NCBI GenBank assembly: GCA_951406725.2
Contig: OX597815.1
Coordinates: 30,938,001-31,002,000 of the forward strand
Length of the DNA stretch: 64,000 bases
Direction: 5' to 3'
From: Octopus vulgaris
Taxonomy: Eukaryota
Part shown: in pieces, positions 53,904 through 64,000 of the stretch
Position numbering within the stretch: position 1 is the stretch's first letter
Layout: the number at the start of each line of letters is the position of its first letter
Notes under the pieces: generated by a model
Told to the model about the DNA's origin: nothing
Database searches by the model: none
The model's input: only the letters and a program-made list of their open reading frames with translations
Position numbers and translations under genes: made by a program

Positions 53904-55117
53904 TATATCCAACCACAGAATAATGTGATTGCTGAATGTAAGGTAGATGCCAGTAGTGTTAAATGTTGCTACGTATCAGATAAACCAAGTTTCGATTTCC
54001 AGTTCCAAGCTTTATATTATGTTTCTGCCTAGGTCTCTGCCCTGTTATTGTTTAGAAAAGAATAATTTCATTGACGCAAACACACATAAGGACAGTATTG
54101 TGTACATTTACTTCAAATATATTTTACTTTATCTACATTTAGTAAACATATTAAATGGAGATATTCTTTCCTTATTTCTCTTTTGCCTTCAATTTTACTA
54201 CAAATAACTATTTAGGAATGTAGAAATAAAATGGAAAATTAACTCTAAGAAGAAAGAACCCTAAGCTTTAGTTGACATTTAGTTCATCATGTATCATGTG
54301 AAGCTCTTTCAAAAGAATAAAGTAAATTAAAACTCGATGTAGATGTTTTATATTTTTGCTCGTTCATAGCCGAGAGGGAAAACCTGTAAATCTTGACTTA
54401 CGTAACGATCTCTTATCACAAACTTATATCAAATATATAAGTTTCATTTTCTTTTATTATGTCTATTTTTAACTGTTCATCTTCGTTGCTAACTGATGAA
54501 AATTTGTGTGTATCTTGTACAATGAGGCTTGTTAGCTCTTTGCATCACTTCTTATATAATTTATGCGAATGGTCTCCTGTTAATGACTGACAAAATTCAA
54601 TGATTCTTAATTACTGAGATTGATTTTGCCTGTCATTATTTCATAACCATATATTCAAGTATATTTCGAGAAAAAAAAGGGGGGATTAGAGCAGAATTCG
54701 GTACTTCAAATTTTAACACATTGACGATAATTTAAAATTATTCATGAAATAGAATTCACTTGAAAAGGAAAAAAGGGTTAACTTTAAATGGGTGTGGTAC
54801 GAATGAGAATAGAATAAGATAAGATATGAACCGAATATGGAAATAAAAGACCGTGTGAAGAGAACTGTAACGTGTTAATACACAATGCGCAAAAATTGTA
54901 TCACAGTAACAGCTGCCAGGTGTGTGTGTGATAAAATATACCAACTACTAAATAGAAATTATATTATTTGTGTTCAATAGAACGTTGATGACACAATATA
55001 TCTATTCTCACCTGCTACCTAATGCACGATTCTGAAAAATACAGAGTTTAATAGAGAGTTTCTAATAGATTAGAAACTTCAAGCAAATCTTTTCTCAAAA
55101 TCTTTGATGCAGTAATA

Positions 55118-55182
<65 letters not shown>

Positions 55183-55797
55183 GGGTGTACTTCAGTTAAA
55201 TTAGGGATGAATTTTATAGCTTTTATATAAACGGTTGAATTGTTATGTTATATTAGTCATTTAAAGCAGCTTCCCTGGCTTGACTCATCTATCTGTCCAA
55301 ATGAAGTCAGAATAATGATAATAGCGAGAGCGCAAAATAAACTACTTGAGCGATAACGAAAATCACATACTGTTCAGCTGCTCACCATTGTACACCTTCC
55401 TATGTTTGTCGAATATTTAAGTTCTAGCGTAAACAAAATGAAACTAATACAAAGTTGCAGGTATCTGGACAATAATATAAAACTTTCCGTTACTTGTGTA
55501 TTTGGAATAAAAATTATTTATTAGGTACCAGTTTTCAAGGGTGACGTTGACGATTTCACATAAGCTTTCAATTGTTATATTACATTAGTCTTTTGAAATA
55601 CTTAACTGTAATGGTAGCCATATGACAACATTATCCAGCCAGTGAATCACTCATTTTATAGCAATAAATTGTATTATACGATTCATAAATTGATAGGAAA
55701 AATACGTATACATATATACGTATACATAAATACGTATACATAAATACGTGTACATATATAAGTATACATAAATACGTATACATCTCTCTCCCCAACA

Positions 55798-55834
<37 letters not shown>

Positions 55835-56557
55835 CAACTGTGGAACTATTAAGACTCTATAATAGGAGAGTTGTATTGGTAAAACATAAAAAATAGATGG
55901 CGATTAATGTAATTAATATTAGCATCTAAACATAAAGCAATGATTAACAGCATAATACAATAGGGAGACAAGCGACATTAATGATTTTTATCTATAATAT
56001 TATTGATAAGTGACCTTTCTATGTTCGATCTAGTCGGTGTTTGGAGTCATCGACCGCTAAATTTATATGATGTTCATATTTACGTTTGATTGAAACTTAT
56101 TAAAAAAAAAAAATGGATGACAAGGGAAAACTCTCCTGTGTATACTAAAATCAACTTCTGAAAGTAATCTTTTCAGTACTAATTCAAACACAGCTCTACT
56201 AACAATAATTCTATTTGCAACTTTAATCTTAATCTGCAGAATTGTTTCCGGCACACATTCAAACACAGCTTTGCATATGTCTATGAAACCAGAAGTGTAT
56301 TTATGTGTGTGAAGAAATGTATGTTATAGTGTAAAAGTACCGAACGTGCTCAACGGGATTCCTTTAGGGATAGTTGACTATAAGAAATGAGTTGTGGGCT
56401 CGAATTACGTGACATCCTTCGTGTTATTCGGTTCTTGTTCTAGACACTTGGCACCATTTGTTTTGAACTCCTTCAATGACTGAGGTCTCGGCTCCAATCT
56501 GTCATTGTTAAAAATACAGGAAATAAGTGTTAGTACGAAAGAATCTGTAAGCTACAC

Positions 56558-56613
<56 letters not shown>

Positions 56614-56651
56614 CGGCGCAGACGTGACTGTGTAGAAAGAATCTCGCTCCC

Positions 56652-57467
56652 GGTTTCCCAGGATTCATTTGGTTTGTTAGTTTGGAGCGAGACGGACGTA
56701 TTTTTGGGCTGTGTGACGATTTTCCTCTTGTGATGGAGGGTCGTCGAGCGATAAGTTGGGAAGAGTTAAGGTGTTTTTCCCTAGAATGTGATACGTTTGA
56801 TGAGGAATTGGTTGAGTACTTGAACAAGATGGACAAGGAAATAGAGAAGAAGAATTATGCAGCGGCAGCAAGAGGAGAAAAAAAAATTGAAGAAATAAAC
56901 CTGGAAGAGCTGAGCAAGTTCAAGGAAATACTTAAAAGGGAAGGGAACAAAGTGAAGGTGTTCCCCACCCCGAAAAGCAGTATTAAAAGACAAGGCAGAA
57001 AAGACTATTGTTTATAGAACTTACGCAACAGCAACAAGGAAAATTGAAATAGTGTCGGATGCACCGGAGGAAAAGGCACAGAGGTCAGTCTGGCTGGAAA
57101 TATCATACCTTGTCAGAGGAAGGAAATATGGAACGGTAGAGGTGCAGCTTAGAGACATAACAACTGCTAAACTGTACTCGGCCACACCGTTGAAAACGGA
57201 TGGGGTAGTACTGCTACACGTGTACTTTGGGACACGGACTACCAGAGTGAGGGTGGAGGACATACCACCAGAAGTAAATGATGTTGCAAAGGGTTCAAAA
57301 AATCGCTCGGAGGTGAGGCGGGGCGACTTCATTTCATCTTTCCTGACATAAACACATATAGGGGACAACACATATTAGGGACAAAAAGAAATAAATGAAA
57401 TGAAATGAAGTTACACCATGAAAGATGAAATGAAGTCGCCTATTTATGGCCAATTTTCATGAAATAT
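56652..57467 (+). mobile_element. ORF1-only L1/Tx1-like element, unit 1 (5' UTR, degenerate gag-like ORF1, 3' tail)
   Basis: EELVEYLNKMDKEIEKKNYAAAAR...ISYLVRGRKYGTVEV...TRVRVEDIPPEV; ends atggccaattttcatgaaatat. Confidence 0.75.
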
Positions 57468-57481
57468 AGAAGCTCGCTTCC

Positions 57482-58725
57482 AGTTTATGGTCGTTCAGTT
57501 GTAGTGTTGGATTTGTTTGGTACACACTGTTTTTGGCTGTCCTGGTGAGCGATGTTTTGCCTCTTGAGTGTCGAGCGAGAAGTTGGGAGAAGTTAAAGTA
57601 TTTTTCGCAAGAGTCTGATTCGTCAGAGGAAGAATTAGTTGAATACTTGAACAAGATAGACAAAGAGATGGAGAAGAGTGATTATGCAGCAGCGGCTAGA
57701 GAAGAAATATTGAAGAAGTGAATCTGAAAGAGTTGAGTGAATTGAAGGAAATGCTTGAAAGGGAGGGGAACGATGTGAAGGTGTTTATCGCCCCCAAAAC
57801 AAAATAAATATTAAAGAACAAGGAAGACAGGACGATTGTCTAAATAACCTACCCTACAGCAACAAGGAAAATTGAAGCAGTATCGGAGGCACAGGTGGAA
57901 AAGGCACTGAAGTCAGGTTTGGCAGGAGATATCATACCTTGCCAGGGGATGAAAATTTGGAAAGGTGAAGGTGCAGTTTAAGGAGATAGCAACTGCCAGA
58001 CCACTGCTCGGCCACACTGCTGAAGACAGACGTGGTGGTGCTTCTACCCATGTACCTTGGGAGGTGTACTTCCTGGGTTCGGGTGTAAGACATACCGCCA
58101 GAAGCGAATGTGGCTTGGCTGGTGGCTGCCTGCTGGACATTGAAGAGAAGGTGGTTGTTCTGCAGGCCACCAAAACGCCCCATGGAAATTAGAAAAGGCA
58201 AATCCTTGAAATGGTGGTACAGGTCGCGGAGGAGGACCTAGAAAAGATGATAGAAAATATCTCAGTAGGAGAAACTACCTTGAAATTTAGAGTGGAGGGA
58301 AGGATTACGCCCTGAAGGGCCACATAAGAGCTGAGTGCCCTCCATCACCAGAAAAGGCTGCGGAGAGTGAAAAAGTGATAGCCGCTCCACAGCCTGCAGA
58401 GGGAAAACACATGATACTACAGTGGAAGACAAGTACCAGCATTGAAGAAGAGACAAACGACAGCTGGGAGATAGCAGAGAATAAAAGAAAAAGGACACAT
58501 GTGGTAAAAAATGACCCCTCCAGCACCCACCCGGCCCTCACCCACAACCACTCTACCCCCAACCATGCCCTACAAACTCCAACCATCCTCATGCCCAGTC
58601 TGACAGGAAAAAAAAACAATTGCAACCACACAGGAACCTCAAATTTGCCCACCTCCGCCCTGTAAGGAAAAATATGTATTGATGTACAATGGACAGGATG
58701 AGGAACTGGATAATGAGGTAAATTC
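57482..58725 (+). mobile_element. ORF1-only L1/Tx1-like element, unit 2
   Basis: Paralogous ORF1 (EELVEYLNKIDKEMEKSDYAAAAR) with a partial zinc knuckle GHIRAECP at about 58318-58341. Confidence 0.75.
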
Positions 58726-58739
58726 GTTTATCGTTATTC

Positions 58740-59677
58740 CGGTTTATCGTTATTCAGATGGATTGTTGGTTTTGTTTGGTACACACGTGTTTTTTTTTTG
58801 GTTTTTTTGCAATCTTGGCGGTGCAACGTCTTCCCTTTGGTTTAATGGAGGGGCTGAGCAAGTTCAAAGAAATACATATAAGGGAGGGGAACGACATGAA
58901 AGTGTCCCCAGCCCAAACAAGTGTTAAAGGATAAGGAAGAGAGAACGATTGTTTACAGAACATACGTGGTGGCAACAAGAAAAATAGAAGTAGTGATGGA
59001 GGCATAAGTTGAAAAGGCGTTGAGGCCCGTCTGGCAAGAGATATCCTAGCTTGCCAAGGGAAGAACGTACAGAACGGTGGAAGTGTAGTTTCGGGAGTTA
59101 GCTACCGCCGGACTGCACTCAGCCACACCATTAAAAACTGAAGAAGTGGTGCTTCTACCTGTATACCTTGGGAGACGTGTTTCCAGAGTTAGTGTAGAAG
59201 ACATACCACCAGAAGCTGATGGCTGCCATACTGCTAGGCATGGAAAAAGAGGTGGTGGTCCTGCAGGCCACCAGAACACCCTACAGTAACTGGTAATGGC
59301 AGAGACTGAACGTGGTGGTATAGATTAACCCAGAAGATATTGAAAGTATGGTGGAAACAATCACGGTTGCAGACGTGACGCTGAAAGTCAGAGTGGAAGG
59401 GAAGATACGACGGTGCTATAAATGTGGTCTGAAAGGCCAATTAGAGTGGATTGTACTCCACCACCTGTGAAGACTAAAGAAAGGCTGAAAGGCAAGAGAG
59501 GGAGAAGGTTGGTGCTTCACTGCCCACGGAGGCTGAGGAAAAGTACGAGAAGGGGCCGAACGGCTTCATTCCATTTCTTCATTATATTCAATTCATCTTT
59601 TCCATTCGTTTGCTTTTTTCCCCCACCATGTGCTGTCCCCTCTATGTACGGCCTTCATGGCCAATTTCCTGAAATAG
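58740..59677 (+). mobile_element. ORF1-only L1/Tx1-like element, unit 3 with 3' tail
   Basis: VRVEGKIRRCYKCGLKG../IRVDC (frameshifted CCHC knuckle) at about 59390-59455; pyrimidine-rich 3' UTR ending tgtcccctctatgtacggccttcatggccaatttcctgaaatag. Confidence 0.75.
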
Positions 59678-59804
59678 AGAATCTTGCTTCCTAAACACAT
59701 GACTCACTGCGTGGCACCTTGAGCAAATTTATTCTATGAGAGCCACGGCCCGACTAAAACCTTGTGATTGGATGTGATTGAGGGAAACAGAAAGAAACCC
59801 GTCG

Positions 59805-59854
<50 letters not shown>

Positions 59855-60282
59855 TGTGTGTGTGTATGTGTGTGTGTGTGTGTCACCACCATCGCTTGAC
59901 AACCGATGCTGGTATGTCTATGTCCCCTGGCAAAAGGGTCCGATAGAATAAGTACTAGGCTTACAAAGAATAAGTCCTGGGGTCGATTTCTTCTACTGAA
60001 AGGCGGTGCTCCAGCATGGCCGCAGTCACGTGACCGAAACATAGAAAATGAATAAGAACAGAATAACGAAGATATATATATATATATTCCATGCAATATA
60101 AACATAACGTCACAAGAAATTTGAAAAGCTACACGCGAAACCGGTATTTCTTTTAATTTATGTCATTATAAGAAGGAAAAAAATTTTTTTTTTTTAATTT
60201 TCTAATATTCTTCAGACATATTGACGCAAATATATATATTTTTTAATATTCAAGCCTTCTGTCGTTTTTTCGCTCTACTATT

Positions 60283-60323
<41 letters not shown>

Positions 60324-61424
60324 CACTCACACACACACTCAGACACATATGCATATAGAATAAAAAGTAAATTCAGCTCCGGTTCATGTATTAAAGTCGA
60401 TTGGACAACATGCTGTTATTATACATATATATAAATTTGTAATTTTCCAACAATGTAACCGAGTCAAGCTCGGTGGAGAGAGGCTTGACGGTAGAGTGTG
60501 AAGCCAGCTGCGTAGTTTAAATGTTGCACAAATTTCGTTGTGTTTACATCAGATCTTTATAAAACTGCTTAAAGCAAATTTATGGTATCTTTACTAGAGT
60601 TTATTTTATCGATTTTATGCAAAAATTGTTCTGTGCCTATTCCACAGATCTCGGTATTAATTCGGAGTCAATGAAATAGTCTGTGTCACACTCCGATAAA
60701 TTTTCTAGAGCCTTAGTTAGAAGGAATCCGTTTTTCTTATTCACTGAAGTTGTATTTCACCACGAAAATTATTCAATTACAAGAAAAATGTTTCGCTTAC
60801 TGAATTATGCTAACCTTCACTGATAATTATTTTTGAGCAAGATGGAACATCCCAGCACTGGATGACTACAATCAGGATTCGATATGTAGTAGGAATTAGT
60901 ATCTCATCATTTTCTGTTTCCTTAGATAATAAAGAAGAAAAAAAAGACCCTGCTGCTTCACCATTGAAATAAAAAGAGAAAAAAAACAAACAAACAAATA
61001 ATTAAATGGTATATCCTTTTACATTCGGATTTCAAATTCCTGCCGACGTCGACTTTACTTCTCCTGTGCCCGGGGATCAATAAATTCAGTATCAGTAAAG
61101 TAGTATATCATATTTAACCTTTACTTATAAATTACCACAAAAATGATGGCTTACGTGTTTATATTTATTATCGTATTTCCTGCATTCTGTTCAGTTTTTT
61201 AATACTCGTGAGTCATAGTAGCACTCTCAATATTTTTTTTCAACATTTATGTGATGTATCTTATCTGTCTCAACTGCTTTGTACGAATGATTCCGGGCCT
61301 ATATTAAGATTTTGGTGGCGTGTATAATTTAATAAACTCAGTTGTATTTAAATTGCTTCTTCATGCAGTAACTTTGGCATATTTGTTAACTTCATACAAT
61401 TTCTTGTTTGACATTATGCACGAT

Positions 61425-61581
61425 AAATTATTTACATTTTGATGGATTTTGTCCTCATCTTTGTTCTTAACACAACGTTTCGGCTGATATACTCTCCAGC
61501 CTTCATCAGGCGTCTTGGGGAAGTTTCGAACCTGGGTTCTCATTCCTGAGGTATTTTTCGATGTTGTTGTTGTTATTATTA

Positions 61582-61635
<54 letters not shown>

Positions 61636-61946
61636 TCACTGCCTGGAATCGAACTCGGAATCTTGGGGTTAGTAGCCCGCGCTCTTAACCACTACGCCAT
61701 ATGCCCGTGGACATATCGAGGGCTACTAACCGCAAGATTCCGAGTTCTGCTAATAATAACAACACCGAAAAATACCTTAGGAATGAGAACCCAGATTCGA
61801 AACTTCTCCAAGACACCTGATAAAGGCTGGAGGATAGATCAGCCGAAACGTTGTGCCAACAACAAAGAAGATGAGGACAAAATTCGTCAAAACCTAAATA
61901 ATGTAAATAATATACATATTTCCTCATCTCTTAAATATAGAACTGT
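61425..61946. mobile_element. Head-to-head inverted dimer of a tRNA-headed, hammerhead-bearing short element with 12-bp TSD
   Basis: TSD attatgcacgat at 61413-61424 and 61947-61958; symmetry centre about 61707; tRNA-like head 61632-61707 on minus; hammerheads at 61470-61513 (minus) and 61814-61855 (plus). Confidence 0.85.
61470..61513 (-). ncRNA. Type-I minimal hammerhead motif, canonical core
   Basis: acgc-CTGATGA-a-ggctg gagagtatat cagcc-GAAA-cg-TT-gtgt. Confidence 0.8.
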
Positions 61947-62309
61947 ATTATGCACGATGTTTTCAAAATTGTTCCTTGCTGCATATTTTCACTCATCAGT
62001 AGCTTTAAATCATTCATATAGAAGACATTATTTAATAGTTTGTTCGTTGTCTTTACATCTGTTTCTGGTTTTGTCTAATGTCTTAATGAGTGGAGTAAGG
62101 TTATTCTTATGCTCGTTTATTCTTTTACTTGTTTTAGACATTGGAAGGTAACCACGAGGTTTTAAGTTTGGTATTCATTTCTACTTGTTTTGCCGAACAG
62201 CTAAGTTATGTGAACGAAGCAACTTTGGGAGGCGAGGGTACAAGCACATAAACACACACGCACACACACACACACACATATATCTATATGTATATATATA
62301 CGCACAACT

Positions 62310-62540
62310 ATGAAAGACTTTCTCCTTTGTGTAAGTCCTCATCGACTTTTTAAAATTTCATTTGGAAAGGGAGTTGACAATGGAGAAGCAAGTGCTGCTT
62401 AACATAAACTTTTTTGTAGGGTTGGTGAATGTGGCGAAGGTGGGCCGAATGAGTAGGCCTATGCTAGACTGTCACCAGAGGAATGGGTAAAAGGGATGGG
62501 AGAGATGTTCCTTTTTGGTGAAACCAGGGTATTGTTCTTT
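62310..62540 (+). mobile_element. Degenerate C-terminus of an L1/Tx1-type ORF2
   Basis: VLIDFLKFHLERELTMEKQVL..F..LVNVAKVGRM resembles Tx1-type ORF2 ends; recognised by pattern only. Confidence 0.45.
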
Positions 62541-62989
62541 TTTCTCCTAATTGGAAAATTTCAGTTTCATAATGTACTTGTTCATTGTTATTAATTTATT
62601 TTGCATTGATGAGACGCCGTCTTTATGGTAATTTCTACAGCTTTTTCTCTTCGTAAGTTTTTGCAGCCCAGTTGAGAAAATATCATCATCATTATCATCA
62701 TCATCACCATTACTGCGGCAAGCTACCAGATTCCTTAGCAAGCCCTACAAATTGCTTATCGGAATTTCGTCCGTCTTTACGTTCTAGTGCAAATATCGAC
62801 TCTGCCTTATAATTTTCCTGTTGAACCAGTTAAACACTGGATCAATGTAATCAAAAAGCCCCCTTTTCCAAAATTTTCCGCCGTCAGGTAGCAAAATCGT
62901 TACCATGCGGGACATAATGTTTAGCAGCATTTCTTCTGATTTAACATTAAGATTAAATTCGACAACATCGAGTTTACATTTCATCCTTT

Positions 62990-63287
62990 CTTCGCCCTTT
63001 ACAAGCCTATCCAGGCTCATGGGCCCGGTTTCCCGGTTTCCGTGGTATATGTGTTCCCCCCAGCTGGACGAGACTCCAGTTCATCGCAGCGTTACCAAAG
63101 GAAGAAAGAGTGAGAGAAAGTTGGAGCGAAAGAGTACAACGGGGGTCACCACACCCCCTGCCGGAGCCTCGTGGAGCTTTAGGTGTTTTCGCTCAATAAA
63201 CACACACAGTGCCCTGTTTGCGAATCGAAAGCGCATCCTCCGACCGCGAGTCCCCTGCCCTAACCACTGGGCCATTGCGCCTCCACT
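62990..63287 (-). mobile_element. SINE family C (head C1 plus tail T2) nested in an old SINE B
   Basis: Head as at 51725; tail gcgatgaactggagtctcgtccagctggggg...gggaaaccgggcccatgagc as at 9238-9308. Confidence 0.82.
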
Positions 63288-63289
63288 AT

Positions 63290-63830
63290 TTCATCTTTTG
63301 GCGATCGATTAAATAAGTACCTGTCAAACTCTTGGGACAATGTATTCGACTAGCTACCATCACCAGCTTTCCCGCGTTGTACCCATAGTAGAAATGATAG
63401 AAAATTAATATTATCATTATTAATAAGGCGGTGAACTGGCAGAATCGTTAGTAATGCCGAGCAAAATGCTTAGCCGCATTTCATCTGAGTTCGGAGTTCA
63501 AATTCTGCCGAGGTTGATTTTGCCTTTCGTCCTCTTGCGGTCGACAAAATAAGTTCCAGTTGAGCACGGAGGTTGATGTGATCAACTTACCCCCTCCCCC
63601 AAAATATAGGCCTCGTGCCAAGATTTAAAACCATTATTATTAAGGCAACGAGCTGACTAGTAAAATTTCTTCCGCCTCTTTACGATCTGAGTTCAAATAG
63701 CGTTGGGATCATCTTCCCTTTCATCTTTCAGGATCGATAAAATAAGTACCAGATAAGCATTGGAGCTAATGTAATCGACTAATCCCCAACCCTGAATCTT
63801 TGGCCATGTACAATAATTTCACAGATTTAT
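63290..63830 (+). mobile_element. Head-to-tail cluster of old SINE B variants
   Basis: Repeated ggcggtgaactggcagaatcgttag...gagttcaaattc...gtcgacaaaataag units separated by (att)n. Confidence 0.8.
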
Positions 63831-64000
63831 TATTATGTGGGGGAAAGAATAGTGGAAAAGTGTGATGATAGTGCAGGTGAGGTATTTTTATGCTCTTCAG
63901 AGTGAAGGAAAAAAGTAAGAACTGTCCATTTACTAGTGCCAATTACAGCAACCGCGTCACGAAAAAGAAAGAAATTTGTCAACTCAGGAATCAGTATATT

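Larger units (their letters stand above)
56613..60060 (+). mobile_element. SINE A split (56613-56651 and 59678-60060) by a 3-kb insertion stack
   Basis: Head ggcgcagacgtgactgtgtagaaagaatctcgctccc; remainder agaatcttgcttcctaaacacatg..cactgcgtggcaccttg... through the normal tail. Confidence 0.8.

Noticed and set aside
56638-56651. Target 14-mer as a U2 snRNA 5' end (Keno-type target)
   Set aside because: Flanks on both sides align continuously with the SINE A head, not with U2.

Overview
AT-rich, microsatellite-dense eukaryotic DNA. The SINE families and TA/TG/GATA/CATA arrays point to an octopus (coleoid cephalopod) genome; this is an inference from repeat content. I found no convincing host protein-coding exon, and almost all listed ORFs are microsatellite artefacts. 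The window is a mosaic of mobile elements: a 5'-truncated CR1/L2-group LINE with a near-intact RT (13.6-15.9 kb), a Penelope-like GIY-YIG fragment with a 5' inversion (23.4-24.9 kb), three Tc1/mariner relics, a probable non-autonomous Helitron, L1/Tx1-like relics, dozens of tRNA-derived SINEs in three groups, and a tRNA-Gly(GCC) pseudogene. Four observations stand out. (1) Eleven minimal type-I hammerhead-ribozyme-like motifs from about six unrelated short elements, several built as fold-back inverted dimers and mostly set in (TA)n. One has a tRNA-like Pol III head and a 12-bp target-site duplication (TSD). (2) A 3-kb stack of ORF1-only L1/Tx1-like elements inserted at the same 14-bp site inside a SINE tRNA head. 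(3) Two SINE/LINE pairs with shared 3' tails visible in the same window. (4) SINE head and tail modules occur in all four combinations. All calls were made by eye; coordinates of degenerate repeats are approximate.
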